DNA from: Octopus sinensis
Taxonomy: Eukaryota
Direction of reading: 5' to 3'
Assembly: GCF_006345805.1 (NCBI RefSeq)
Contig: NW_021831285.1
Location: 62,001-126,000, forward strand
Length of the DNA stretch: 64,000 nt
In this document: positions 12,886 to 24,428 of the stretch, one piece after another
How the letters are laid out: each line of letters opens with the position of its first letter
Position numbering within the stretch: position 1 is the first letter of the stretch
Program-made: the position numbers and the translations under genes
The notes under the pieces: model-generated
The model's database searches: none
Seen by the model: only the letters and a program-made list of their open reading frames with translations
Told to the model about the DNA's origin: nothing

Positions 12886-12969
12886 TATACGATTTTTATA
12901 AATAATTGAGTTACATTCAGCTTTAAAGTAATTTAGCCTCCTCAGTATTATTGAATATTAAAATATATT

Positions 12970-14388
12970 AATTTATTTAGCCCCCTCAGTATTTTTTTAG
13001 ATAAAAAGGTTTTAGACGAGCTGTAAAAAGCGCATATAATTAATTCGCGGCTGACGACATAATCGAATAGGCATTGCCGCGAACAACGGCCAAACCTATT
13101 CTTTGTCGAAGCCATGTGGGTTCCCTCCAGTCGTTTTTTATATGAGCGATTTTACGTCCGATTTCTTTAAGGAATGACTCAGTTACAGTTCCTGTGACAC
13201 CCGAAGTCTCGACTGCCACAGGAACAAAGCGAACGAATCCCCGATTGTGGAATATTTGGCAATTTTTGCTTTTTTCAGCAAAGTTAGCGGCCGATCCAGG
13301 TGAACGCAAAGAAATGTTGATGTTCTTTCGAGTGAAAGTGTCCACGCATGTCGAGTCCCAAACTAGTGGTTTTCCCCCAGAGTAGGGGAAAAGAGTCACT
13401 CTCTGGCCTTTCCCATCATTACGGTTAAGACCCACAGGTTCCAGTCTTGCTGGGAATCCTGCTGCCTCTAGGGCACGTCGTATCACATCATTCAATGCGG
13501 CATGTCGAGGGGTTCGACCTGCACTTCTTCGGCAGGATAGAGGGTGCAGTCCTTTGGCATCAACAAGGCCTCCGCAACGACAGCCGTGAACTTGGCAAAT
13601 ATCCAGTCCCAGACGAAGTGCTACACCGATTCTCATAGAATTATTGTCCAATAGATTGCCAAGAGCAGGACACGGGAGAGCATCAAGCCACGCGCCACTA
13701 TGATGGCGTGCTCCGGACAAGAGACATGTGAGTCGATGCTGATTGGCCCTCTGTTTGTATTTTTGGACGATGTCGTTGCATAAAATCGAATCCAGTTAGT
13801 CTGTTTGAATGTCTCCGCCGGAATCATCAACCCAGTTCCACTCCATCGTTCACAAGCTCTAGCGAACTCCGGCTCCAAGGAAAATTCAGAAGGGTTACGT
13901 AGAATTTCCTGGACCAGATCCCGGCTGCTTGAGAGCGACGAGAGATAAGCTGGTGCTGCTACTTCCAATGCGGACCTGAGGCCAACTCCACCCAATTTCG
14001 TTGGCAGTTTACACTGAATCCATCCCAGATCATCAAAACGAACGTTTAAAATAGTTTCGTCGTGGCCGTCTTTCAGTGTCTGATCAAGTAATAAGAGGCT
14101 GTCTCGTTGTGCAAAGCAAGGGCAGCTCCTTAGAGCATAAAGAAGTCTTGGCATGCAGATACTCGCTCTCATTAGAAAAAACGCAGTATGCGCATCAAGG
14201 AGGGATATTCGTTGTGTAAATAGTGATAGGTTTTCTGCCTTCTTCCGAAGGTGTTTACGCAATTCTGCGTCACCAAGTGGACCACCGAGGAAATATACCT
14301 CGTCCCGAGCCGTGGTAGAAATCCCTTTAAGCAAATGGTTGAACTGTTGAGTAATTCGCATGAATTCGTCATTGGAGTACGTAATATC
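12970..14388 (-). mobile_element. CRE-like non-LTR retrotransposon (RLE type), 5'-truncated
   Basis: Post-RT region, C-x-C..H..SC zinc finger, RHAALNDVI, WDSTCVDT, FVPVAVETSG, LRQRIGLAVVRGNA; flanked by an identical 30-bp direct repeat (12940-12969 and 14389-14418). Confidence 0.82.
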
Positions 14389-14429
14389 CCTCAGTATTAT
14401 TGAATATTAAAATATATTTTCCGGAAAGA

Positions 14430-17000
14430 CAATGCGTGTTTTGAATTAACCGCAGAAGATTTTATCGAAATTTATCTTTGAGCAACGAAGCCACCCTGTA
14501 TGGGTTGGTGATGGTGAGTGCTTATCATTTTGGGAAGATGTCTGGAGCAAGAAAAATATGGGCCCGTAGTTTATGATTTTGTGGGTGTGAGGTGTACTGG
14601 CGGCGTTGAAACCATGCGACCTCAATTCACAAGTGATTTTATTATGCTCAAATATGCACCTGACTGGAAGGCATGCGGATGCGACGGAACGTATAACTTT
14701 TTCTTAAAGAAGATGGATTCTTTGCATGGGTTTCTGTGTAAAGAGATAGTCCGAATAATTAATGGAGAGTACACGCCTGATAGCTGGTTTTACACTGGCG
14801 TAACTTACTTGATCCCTAAAAAAAGTGAGTGTGAGACCCCGAAGGACTTACGCCCTATAACGTGTATGCCAACTTTGTATAAACTTGTCACCAATGTGTT
14901 AATGCCAAACTGGCCGATTTCATCGAGGCATTTGGCTTAATCTCAGATATCAGCTCGGGACGAGGAAGCAATGTCAAGGCGCCAAAGAGCAAGCCCTCAT
15001 TAACCAATGCTTAAATAAGGAGTATGGAAATGGCCTCTATTCTGCTTGGGTCGATGTGAAGAAGGCATTTGACTCAGTTGATCACGAGTTCTTGTTCCAC
15101 GTATTGGATTGCTCTGGAATACCACATTGGATTGTCAACTTTGTAAAGAACATAGTCAAGAAGTGGACAGTAAACTTACATATCGATGGGAAAGAATTGG
15201 GAAAGTAAAGTTAAGCCGGGGATACTCCAAGGAGATTCATTGTCCCCGCTGCTATTCGTTATGGCGATGGATCCCCTAAGCAGGATGCTTAACTCCATGT
15301 TTCCCAAACTCGAAATTAGTCGGGAAGATCCCAATATGTTGACATACTCCACCAATCATTTCTTCTCTTATTGACGATCTGAAAATAGTTGCCCTCAAAG
15401 AAGATGTGTTAGTCAAAATGATGGAAACTGTTAATGGATTTTTTGAATGTCGGCCTAGAGATGAATTCCGAAAAATCAGCATCTAATGTGGAATCTTTAT
15501 CATGCTGTGAGACTGTCGATGGAATCAACGGATATCGCTACTTTGTGTGTACTTGAAGATGGCGGAAGTAATGTTCTCAAGAATAAAGTTATGGACTCCA
15601 TATTGGAGAATGTCAAGAAGAGAATAACTATGTTGTCAAAAACAAACCTGAATGCTGTAAATTTGTTTCGTGGAATCAATGAATATGCATTATCCCTATA
15701 TAATTATATATTGGGCTAATCAATATCGAACCTTACGAATTTGATGAGATTGACCAACAAATACGCCGATTACTTACGACTCTCAAGTTACACCTCCAGC
15801 TGCAAATAAGGAGAGGTTGTATTTGGACCGCAAGACCCTTGGAAGAGGACTTGCCTCAATTTCTTTCAAAAGCGAATTAATACTCTTCCAGTTTCTTTAA
15901 AGTTTGGAAAAACAGTCGACTACCTGTCTGCGGAGGTCGGGTATTCTGCGAGTAATAAAAGGAAAAAAATGGCACTTAGCCACAATCGCAGAATTTCTTG
16001 TCTCCAAATATGCAGCTGTCGGCAGGGAAAATCTGACCATTGAGTTACTGAAGGACGCACAAAGAAACTCTTGCTTAACCGAATTAACAGTAAATCACTA
16101 CTCGGTGATGTTCAAATGTATGAGGAATCAGATGTCGACATATCTACTTCTTCGCAATGGCTATCGAAAGGGAACAATGGTCCACACGAAGCGAAGCATT
16201 GTACTGTCTTTTGCAAGATAGGAATTTGTTCTTTGCATACACGGGATCACTATGCGTCCACTGCAAAAAAAGCAGGCAGACTGTTGACCATCTAGCCACG
16301 CGGTGTGGTAGGATGCTAAACAGTGATTATCTCCGAAGACACAACGAAGTGGTAAAGTGTATTCATCTCCACTTGTGTCGAATATATGGAATAAAACGAA
16401 GCAGGAAATTGAAAGGACATTCAGTTGTGTCAACAATGTCGACCCAAATGTCGAAATCAGAGTTGACACGTCAATTATGACTGAAACGAAGGTTCAATTC
16501 AATAAACCTGATATCTTCGTTTATGACAAGAAGAAAAGAGAAATTCATTTATCGAAGTGGGAGTTACCTCGCAAGACCGTTTAAAGCAAGTTGAAGTGGA
16601 GAAATTTCACAAATATGACCTGCTTGCAAACGAACTGTCGGTTCTCTATGAAGCAAAAGTGAAGATTATTCCAATTGTCTTGACATGGATGGAGTTGTCT
16701 CAAAGTTCTTTAAAAGTCATATGACAAGTTATCCATTGAAGAAGGACGAGGACATACATCCAGTCGGTTGTGCTGAAGAGGACTCTAGAGAGTATGCTTA
16801 TTGAACACAGGCATGGGATGAAGTAGACAACGAGGAGTACGCCTCTGCCGCCAATCAACTTGCGGAGCTGACATGTCGTGAGGACACTCAGTTGAACAAT
16901 TACTTTGACGCAGAAATGGAAAATGATGAGAATTTTGTTGCAAACTCTTCTTCCAAGCGAAGAAAAGAATCACTGACGATCTGGATTCTTAAATAATTTA
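14430..17000 (+). mobile_element. R4/Dong-like RLE non-LTR retrotransposon, frameshifted
   Basis: WKACGCDG, DLRPITCMPTLYKLVT, GILQGDSLSPLLFV, FIDD-like motif, CVHCKK..TVDHLATRCG..RRHNEVVKCIH, KPDIFVYDK, EVEKFHKYDLLANEL. Confidence 0.85.
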
Positions 17001-17144
17001 AGATAGAATTTACATAATTAATTCTTATAAACATCTTTATCTTTTAATACCTCTTTACTTAACTTATTTTCATTTCATCGAGACGAATCGATTGATATCT
17101 CTTCTGACAACTGATGACTAATCTTATTTTCCCTGACATTACAT

Positions 17145-17385
17145 AAGCCTACACTACCTACATTTCCTGCACCTAGATTACCTACGCAATGCACCTACTA
17201 CCTACACTCTACTCCCTGCGCCCCACATTTCCTTCCTTTCCTGCATTTCCTACCCTATATTACCTATGCCCGCACCTACATTACTTACACTACACCTACT
17301 CTACGCCTACACTACACTACAACTATATTACCAATGCCCGCACCTACTACCTACATCTCAAAACCTACATCAACTAAACTGTTTG
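17145..17385 (+). repeat. CTAC/CCTA-rich low-complexity tract
   Basis: Dense imperfect CTAC repeats with very few G on the + strand. Confidence 0.75.
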
Positions 17386-17544
17386 TGCACTTTTTTTTTA
17401 CTACCCCCCCCAAGCTCCTTTAGTTTCCTTGTTTTGGCATCCACGATATCTTCGATATCTTCTGTGAAACTCTCCATATTCTGACTACCCCCCATACTAA
17501 TCTTATTTTTGACGCCACGCAGTAATACATATTGAACATTTAAC

Positions 17545-17720
17545 GCTCTTAAGCCTTATCTAATTGCTATCTGAAGTGGTTTGTCTAATCAAGGTCACTA
17601 GCTAATTTCCGCCATCTCTAAAGGCTCTTAAGCCTTATCTTAATTGCTATCTGAAGTGGTTTGTCTAATCAAGGTCCACTAAGCTAAATTTCCGGAAACT
17701 CTAAAGGGCCTCTTGAGCAT
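17545..17720 (+). repeat. About 77-bp tandem duplication containing a 45-bp motif also found inverted at 19190 and 20140
   Basis: GCTCTTAAGCCTTATCT(T)AATTGCTATCTGAAGTGGTTTGTCTAATCAAGGTC(C)ACTA(A)GCTAA occurs twice. Confidence 0.8.
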
Positions 17721-17924
17721 TATCTTAATTGGCTGTTAAAAAAATTAGACAGGTTGTTAAAGATAATCTAATTTTAATTCAAAGTAAATAATTTTTAAGT
17801 GAAAATAAGATCAATTAAGAGTTCCAGCTCGATCGACGGGGCAGGGGTTAGAGCCCAGCCGTACGTTTGCTTTGCGCGTTGCGCGCACGGGTTGTTGAAG
17901 TGTGCAACACAACGGCGGCAGAAC

Positions 17925-18880
17925 AAATTTTTAACTTTTTTTTGTTATTTTCTTTTTTTTTATTTTTTTAAATTTTTTTGTTTTATTTTTTTTGATTTTT
18001 TTTCTTTTTTTTGTTTTTTTTTTTTCTTTTAATAATTTTTTTCTTTTCTGGATTTTTTTTTTTAATTTTAACATGTTTAAACATATTCTTAAGATCTCTG
18101 TTTGGGATCACTTATTTTCAGATACTGTGCTCAAGAACATACCCAGGCTACGCATGTGCGCTGGCAGAAGAAAGAAGTTGACGAAGTCCGCTGTGCTTCC
18201 CGAACGTCATTTGTCCCTAGCCCTTGAAGACCTCCGGTGTGAAAGAGGTAGCTGTTACGACTCACATACAAATGACCGGCTCGACGATCTTTTCCAGCGA
18301 TCTCGGTTGCAATTCGGGAACTTTATTGCTTTGTGTATTTTTGACATTTTTCTATAATTACTTGACGTATACATGTCAAATTGTTTTATTTTATTTATTT
18401 AGCAACTAGCGTTTTCTTGCCATCTCTGTCTGCGATTCTTTTTAATTATTTTTTTTTTTGTATTTTTAATTTTTTAATTTTTTTGTTTTTTTTTATTTTT
18501 AATTTTTTTATTTTTTTCGTATTTTTTTATTTTTTTTGTTTTTTTATTTTAATTTTTTTGTTTTTGTATTTTTTTAATTTTTTTTTTTCGTTTTTTTTTT
18601 TTTTTTTAATTTCCTTTTTTTTAATCTTTTTGTTTTTATTTTTTTTATTTTTATTTTTTTTTTTTTTTTTCTTTATTTTTTTGTTTTTTCTTTTAATTTT
18701 TTATATTTTTTTTTTTTTTGTTTTTAATTAATTTTTTTTTTTGTATTTAATTTTTTAATTTTTTTGTTTTTTTGTTTTTTAAATTTTAATTTCTTTATGT
18801 ATTTTTATTTTTTTGTTTTTTTTTATTTTAATTTTTTATTTATTTCTTTTTTTATTTTTTAAATTTTTTTGTTTTATATG
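17925..18880 (+). repeat. Degenerate poly-T tracts (about 17925-18075 and 18430-18880) flanking a higher-GC island
   Basis: Sequence is mostly T runs with interspersed A/G; F/K-rich ORFs in the track here are artefacts. Confidence 0.85.
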
Positions 18881-18899
18881 TTCCCTCTGTTCTATATTT

Positions 18900-19085
18900 A
18901 ATTGATCTAATAGAATTACAATTCAACATTAATATGAGCATCAATCTACATAACAGTGGATTATAAGGCACCACCCACCTGTTGTCAACTGTTATTTCAT
19001 TTTCTTTTCCTTCTTTCACTTTAAAAGATGATTCGGCATTCCAGGGATCTAAGGAGTTTAAAAATTCAATCCGGTTGAATTTTAG
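18900..19085 (-). mobile_element. Helitron RepHel fragments (helicase and Rep pieces fused)
   Basis: EFLNSLDP-GMPNHLLK (helicase) joined to VDNRWVVPYNPLLC..CNSIRSIKY (Rep domain). Confidence 0.82.
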
Positions 19086-19768
19086 AAAATAACAAAAAAA
19101 ATAAATAAAACAAATAAAAATAAATAATTTAAAGCAAAAATATAAAAAAAAACAAAACAAAACTTTAAAAATTTGTAACCTTGAAAAATTTGTAGCTTAG
19201 TGACCTTGATTAGACCAACCACTGGCGGAAATGGGGCAGGCAAAAATGGGGCAGGCAAAAATGTGCAGGCGGAGATGCGGCAGGCAGAGTAGCAGCAGCC
19301 AAAAAAGCGACACACAAAAAAGATTTAATTAATTACCTTAAGCTGACCGTTTTTTCTTCAGCTTCGTTTTTCCTCCTTCGGTTATTTATTTAAAAAATTA
19401 TTTTTGAATAATAAAAAATATTAGGAAAAAAGAGGCATACAGAAAATAAATTCTATCTTTACGAAAACTTCTTTTCTTAAGGTCGTCTTCCCTCCTTCGG
19501 TTATCTATTGAAAAAATTATTTTTGAATAATAAAAAAGTTTAGGATAAGAGCATACCGAAAATAAATTATATCTTTACGAAAAACTAACTAAATCTTAAT
19601 AATAAAATGGTATGGTGCGTGTCTGTGTGTGCACACCCACTTCAAATTGGCAAAGTACAGATAAATTGTCAAAATCTTTTCCCCTTATAATTAGCCAATA
19701 ATAGGGAACAAGCTTATAATCATGAACTCCTCCAAGAATCTTCCACCCAAAATCTAACATATCAAGAA

Positions 19769-20135
19769 CTACTCGGCAGCTCGCTTCGCTCACGCGACCT
19801 AGCTCCTGCGGAGGGCCTGTTTCATCAAACAACTATAAGTTTATGTAGATGTATAAAACTACCTGTTTAATGTAACCCTATTCTATGCTGTTGATAAACG
19901 ATGTTTGTCGTCCGTCCTTCCTTGGCATATATGAATAAATTTTCTCTTCTGCCTACCCTCGAGCATCCCACATACAGCTGTCCATGTGAAAAGCACTCAT
20001 CTCTAAAAAGAACCCAACTACCTTTAATGACTGTCCCTGGGCCTTGTTTATTGTCATTGCAAAACTCATCCTCAAAGGAAATTGCAGCCTTTTAAATCTA
20101 AATGGTAATTCATAGTCCGGAGATTTAGCTTAGTG
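19769..20135 (-). mobile_element. Helitron helicase C-terminus plus 3' end
   Basis: LPFRFKRLQFPLRMSFAMTINKAQGQSL and CFSHGQLYVGCSRVG (frameshifted); 3' end CCGCAGGAGCTAGG..GTAG|T shares a subterminal motif with the 1076-1471 element. Confidence 0.85.
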
Positions 20136-20434
20136 ACCTTGATTAGACCAACCACTGGCGGAAATGGGGCAGGCAAAAATGGGGCAGGCGGAGATGCGGC
20201 AGGCAGAGTAGCAGCAGCCAAAAAAGCGACACACAAAAAAGATTAATTAATTACCTTAAGCTGACCGTTTTTTCTTCAGCTTCGTTTTTCCTCCTTCGGT
20301 TATTTATTTAAAAATTATTTTTGAATAATAAAAAATATTAGGAAAAAAGAGGCATACAGAAAATATTCTATCTTTACGACGAAAAACTTCTTTTCTTAAG
20401 GTCGTCTTCTCTCCTTCGGTTATCTATTGAAAAA

Positions 20435-20668
20435 TGCGGTTGAGACTTCCGGTTCCTTGGGCAGTAAGGCAATCAGCTTCGTTCAGGAGATCGGATCCCG
20501 CATGTCTGCCATCACAGGCGACGCCCGCGAATCGAGATGGTTTTTCGAGCGGATATCCCTGGCGATAGTACGCTCTAACTCTTTCTCGATCGCGTCGGCT
20601 TCCCGCCCTTGAAGCTTTTAATTAATTAACTTGTAGTTATTGGTTGGTTTGTCTTCTATAAAAAAACA
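20435..20668 (+). mobile_element. CRE-like 3' fragment with 9-bp TSD
   Basis: AVETSGSLG..FFERISLAIVRSNSFSI*; ATTGAAAAA at 20426-20434 and 20669-20677; empty site visible in the sister unit near 19500. Confidence 0.8.
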
Positions 20669-20755
20669 ATTGAAAAAATTATTTTTGAATAATAAAAAAG
20701 TTTAGGAAAAGAGGCATACCGAAAATAAATTCTATCTTTACGAAAAACTTAACTA

Positions 20756-22435
20756 CAGTCGGACCTCGTTATGAGCCAGACCTCGGGTATGATTTATACT
20801 CGCTTTATGATACAAACTCTATTTTTGAGCCACGTTTTTTGAAACTGCTTTTTTCCTAAGGGGTTTGTAAAAATCAATTAAAAATAGACCTCGTTATGAG
20901 CCATCTAAAATTGCTATAAACTAAATATTTTGTAATATAATTATTTTTATTTTATATATTTATCGTTTATTTTAAAGAATTTTTTTCCTTGTCACGTTGT
21001 TATCTTTGTTGAAGTATTTTCTACTGTTCTATGTTTTCTCTAGATGCCTAAAATGAAATTGATCACGAAAAAAACTCGAAATAGCCCAATATATTAAACG
21101 GAACCAGCTTTCAGAGCGCAGAATTGCGGAAATTTTCAAAGTTAGCAGGGCTACCAATTTCACGTATAAAAAAGATTTCCCTTTTCTTCTGATAATGGAA
21201 CTATTTATTCTGATTTATCCGAGCAAACTAGTGATTCTGAAAAGCTTAAAAATCTCGATCTTAAAGTTTTCGAAATTTTTCACAAATTGCGACTTGAAAA
21301 AGTTTCCTTATCTGGACCGACCATTAAGAAAATTGGGTCGATGGTCGCTTCAAAATTATCATTGAATAATTTCAAATCGTCTAATGGTTGGCTTCAAAGA
21401 TTCAAGAAACGACATAATTTACAATACAAAACATTGTGTAGTGAAAAGGGTTCAAATATATAATTTTAAGTGCAGAAGAGGCTCATATACAGGGGAGTCC
21501 TGTAAAACATGGTTTAAGCAACTTATTAATGAATGTGATGCATCAGGAGTTACACATCCAACATTCGTAATTGATAATGCTCCTATTCACAGTCAACTTG
21601 AGTCTGTAATAAATCCCTCAATTATTCGATGTGAAGATTTAACTGACAATTCTTTTTTGTAATAAAAATTTCTTGCAAAATAGAATTTCTCACTTGCAAA
21701 ATTGGTTTTCATGACCGCAAATTTAATTTCTTGATTGGAAAATTGATTTTCCCAGTCGCAAAATTGACTTGTAATGGTATAGTTCTCATAGACTATCCGA
21801 TTATTCAAACATCGAATTTTTATATTTACCTAAAAACACACTACATCGTTAGTTCAGCCATTGGATATGGCATAATTAAAGCACTGGAGACAAAAAGCAT
21901 CAAAAGTTTCAATTTACGGAATGTGATGCAACTAATTTCTGAAGCCTGGGCCAATGTAACTTCAAATCAAATTCAAAATTGTTGGAAAAAAATTTTTGAG
22001 TGTAGATGGGAGGAAACAATAAATATCAATTCGAAGATTCATACGGACGTGACAGAAATGGTGAACGAAGTCTTTGTCGAAGAATTGCTTGAAAGCGAAA
22101 TAATTTTTATAATGGGCCTGAATCAACAGACATCATAGATCCACTGACTCTTATTAATAATATGTAGGAAAATATATGCAAACTTTCTCCTCCAAATTAT
22201 TAAATGATTTCTACGCCCTAAGGAAAAAAATAATGATTAATTTACGGGATAAAAATCGTTTGGAGAAAAAGATTACGCATTATTTCAAAAAAGTATAACT
22301 TATAAACTGTTTCTATCTGTTTCTTGTGAACTATTTTTTACTTAAAGTACTGTTAATTAGGATTATTAGCGAACCTCGGTTTATGATACAACCTCGGTTT
22401 TGAGCCACCAAGTGGCTCAAACCGAGGTCCGACTG
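20756..22435 (+). mobile_element. Tigger/pogo transposon, internally deleted
   Basis: TIRs CAGTCGGACCTCG with TA TSDs; LSGPTIKK..FKSSNGWLQRFKKRHN CENP-B HTH; C-terminal ISEAWANVTSNQIQNCWKK. Confidence 0.88.
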
Positions 22436-22791
22436 TAATAGTTAATATTTTTACGCAAATTCTTCTGATTTCGCTGTCAATGGGTGTAAATTGTGTTAAT
22501 GATTGTGCTAATGTGGTTTCAACTATCAAAGTGTTTTTCAAATCTGTTAATTGCACACTCTATTCAAGGTCGTGCAATCTGTAATTGCACATTCTGTCAA
22601 AGTCAAATATGATAATAGCTTTATTTTTGATTCATGGTCGATAATGATATATGCATTTAATTTTAAAGAGAAAATCATAGGATGAATTGAATTTCTTTAT
22701 CGTAATATGCGAATAATTGGGAGTTCATCATTGTTAATATTCTCGCTGTCGTTTTCATCAAGGATATTTTAATACGTGAGATTTTTGCCTC

Positions 22792-23294
22792 GAAGGTTTT
22801 AATGGACCTCATCATGAATGTCGAGGACATTAACGTTGTTCATTTTAACCAAAATGCCGAAAATTTTTTTTTAATTTTTTTTGGGGGGAAGGTTTTAAGG
22901 ACCTCATCATGTAAGTTGAGGACATCGTAGTTGTTCATTTTAACCAAAATGCAGAAAATTTTTTTTAATTTTTTTTGGGGAAGGTTTTAAGGACCTCATC
23001 ATGTAAGTCGAGGACCTCGTAATTGTTCATTTTAACCCAAATGCAGAAAATTTTTTTTTAATTTTTTTTGGGGGAAGGTTAAGGCCTATCATGTAAGTCG
23101 AGGACTCGTAGTTGTTCATTTTAACCAAAATGCAGAAATTTTTTTTTAATTTTTTTTGGGGGAAGGTTTAGGACCCATCATGTAAGTCGAGATATCGTAG
23201 TTGTTCATTTTAACCAAAATGCAGAAATTTTTTTTTTAATTTTTGTTGGGGGGAAGGTTTTAAGGACTCATCATGTAAGTCGAGGACATCGTAG
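22792..23294 (+). repeat. Minisatellite, about 5.5 copies of an 88-96-bp unit
   Basis: Unit starts GAAGGTTTTAAGGACCTCATCATGTAAGTCGAGGAC at 22792, 22888, 22980, 23074, 23162 and 23253. Confidence 0.92.
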
Positions 23295-23380
23295 GGTGGA
23301 AGATTCTTGGAGGAGTTCATGATTTTAAGCTTGTTCCCCATTATTGGCTAATTATAAGGGGAAAAGATTTTGACAATTTA

Positions 23381-23880
23381 CAGTCTAACTCTTTTTGGGG
23401 CACCTAGTGCCCCAAAAACAGGGTTTCCCCAGATAGAGGGGTTTTCTAATATTAACAAAAAACTACGTTTTGTAATTTAAAACCAAAGATGTTTATTCTT
23501 AATTTCATTTAACAATTTTAGCTTTACTTGTCGGGAAATGATCCGTTATTTTCGCCTCCGAATTGGTACTTTTGATTAATCGATCCATTGTCAAATTAAT
23601 CGATCCAAAACGACCTTGTCGGGAAATGAATGTTTATCACTATTATCGGGTTTTCTGAAGCCCTCAGAACCTTCACATCCATCAAAATTACATCCATCAA
23701 AACAACAGAAACACGTTATTATTAGTTATTATAAAATAAAATGCAAAATTATAACTAAAAAATATATAAAAATATTAAATGCCCATAACGGGTTTATCTT
23801 ATAAAGAATAAATCCTAATAGAAATTCAAATTGCCCCAAAACCCGAGGGTGCCCCAAAATCCGAGGTGCCCCCAAATGTA
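23381..23880. mobile_element. pogo-derived MITE remnant
   Basis: TA then CAGTCTAACTCTTTTTGGGGCAC, and GCCCCAAAA subterminal repeats like those of the 11198-12885 element; right TIR not seen. Confidence 0.5.
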
Positions 23881-24009
23881 TGGAGGAATCAGATTTTTAA
23901 ACCGTCTTTCAATAAAAAAACATTTCCTCCGACAATTTACTTCTTTGCTAAACTAGACTCAACAAAATGTGAAGAAATATTAAATTATTGTGTTAGCCAT
24001 AAGCAGTCC

Positions 24010-24320
24010 ATTCAAATCTCGTCATCTTCACAATCCCTGGTCATTTTCTCAGCCTGGTTAAGCCTCCTTCTTTCTTACAACCTGGGAAAGTAGGTAGTTC
24101 CAGTTATAGTACAAACAAAGCAGATAAATGTACTCAAATTGATCGAACATTCTTTTAGAATTTTCCAAAATCTTGTTGGCCTGATCAAATTGTTTTATCA
24201 AAATATAAATCGTGCTCATATCGTTGAGCATATTACCACTCAGACCATTCCATATAAACCTGTGGATGATTCCCTTCAAAAAAATCCCACCCGATATGCT
24301 TCTCGGCTTTGATCTTTAAT
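24010..24320 (-). CDS. Possible short helical/TPR-like exon(s), divergent from URM1
   Basis: ORF MSTIYILIKQFDQANKILENSKRMF looks TPR-like and GC is exon-like; a full gene could not be reconstructed. Confidence 0.3.
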
Positions 24321-24428
24321 TTTAGATTTTGAGTTTTTTGCAATAAACTAATAAATTGTAAAAAAGTATATAATTATTTATCTTTTTAATTTTAAATAAA
24401 CTTTGTAATAGATTAGGTCATTGTGGTT

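Larger units (their letters stand above)
19190..20753. repeat. Two direct copies of an about 400-bp unit (19190-19595 and 20140-20753), each with an internal about 125-bp duplication
   Basis: Near-identical GGAAATGGGGCAGGC..AGCAGCAGCCAAAAAAGCGACACAC..CTCCTTCGGTTAT..AATTATTTTTGAATAATAAAAAA blocks; the second copy contains a CRE insertion. Confidence 0.88.

Noticed and set aside
17075-17125. Hammerhead ribozyme (CTGATGA near CGAA)
   Set aside because: No GAAA core and no consistent stems I-III
17145-17385. Telomeric repeat or chromosome-breakage signal
   Set aside because: No regular unit; it is an imperfect CTAC low-complexity tract next to a retroelement 3' end
17799-19315. F/K-rich ORFs in the track as membrane proteins
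   Set aside because: They are translations of poly-T/poly-A low-complexity DNA
19596-19832. 78-aa ORF as a captured host gene
   Set aside because: It spans the Helitron 3' terminus; its duplicate at 23294-23380 differs by two non-synonymous changes, giving no sign of coding constraint
22792-23294. CRISPR-like array
   Set aside because: Whole units repeat with no unique spacers, there are no cas genes, and the context is eukaryotic
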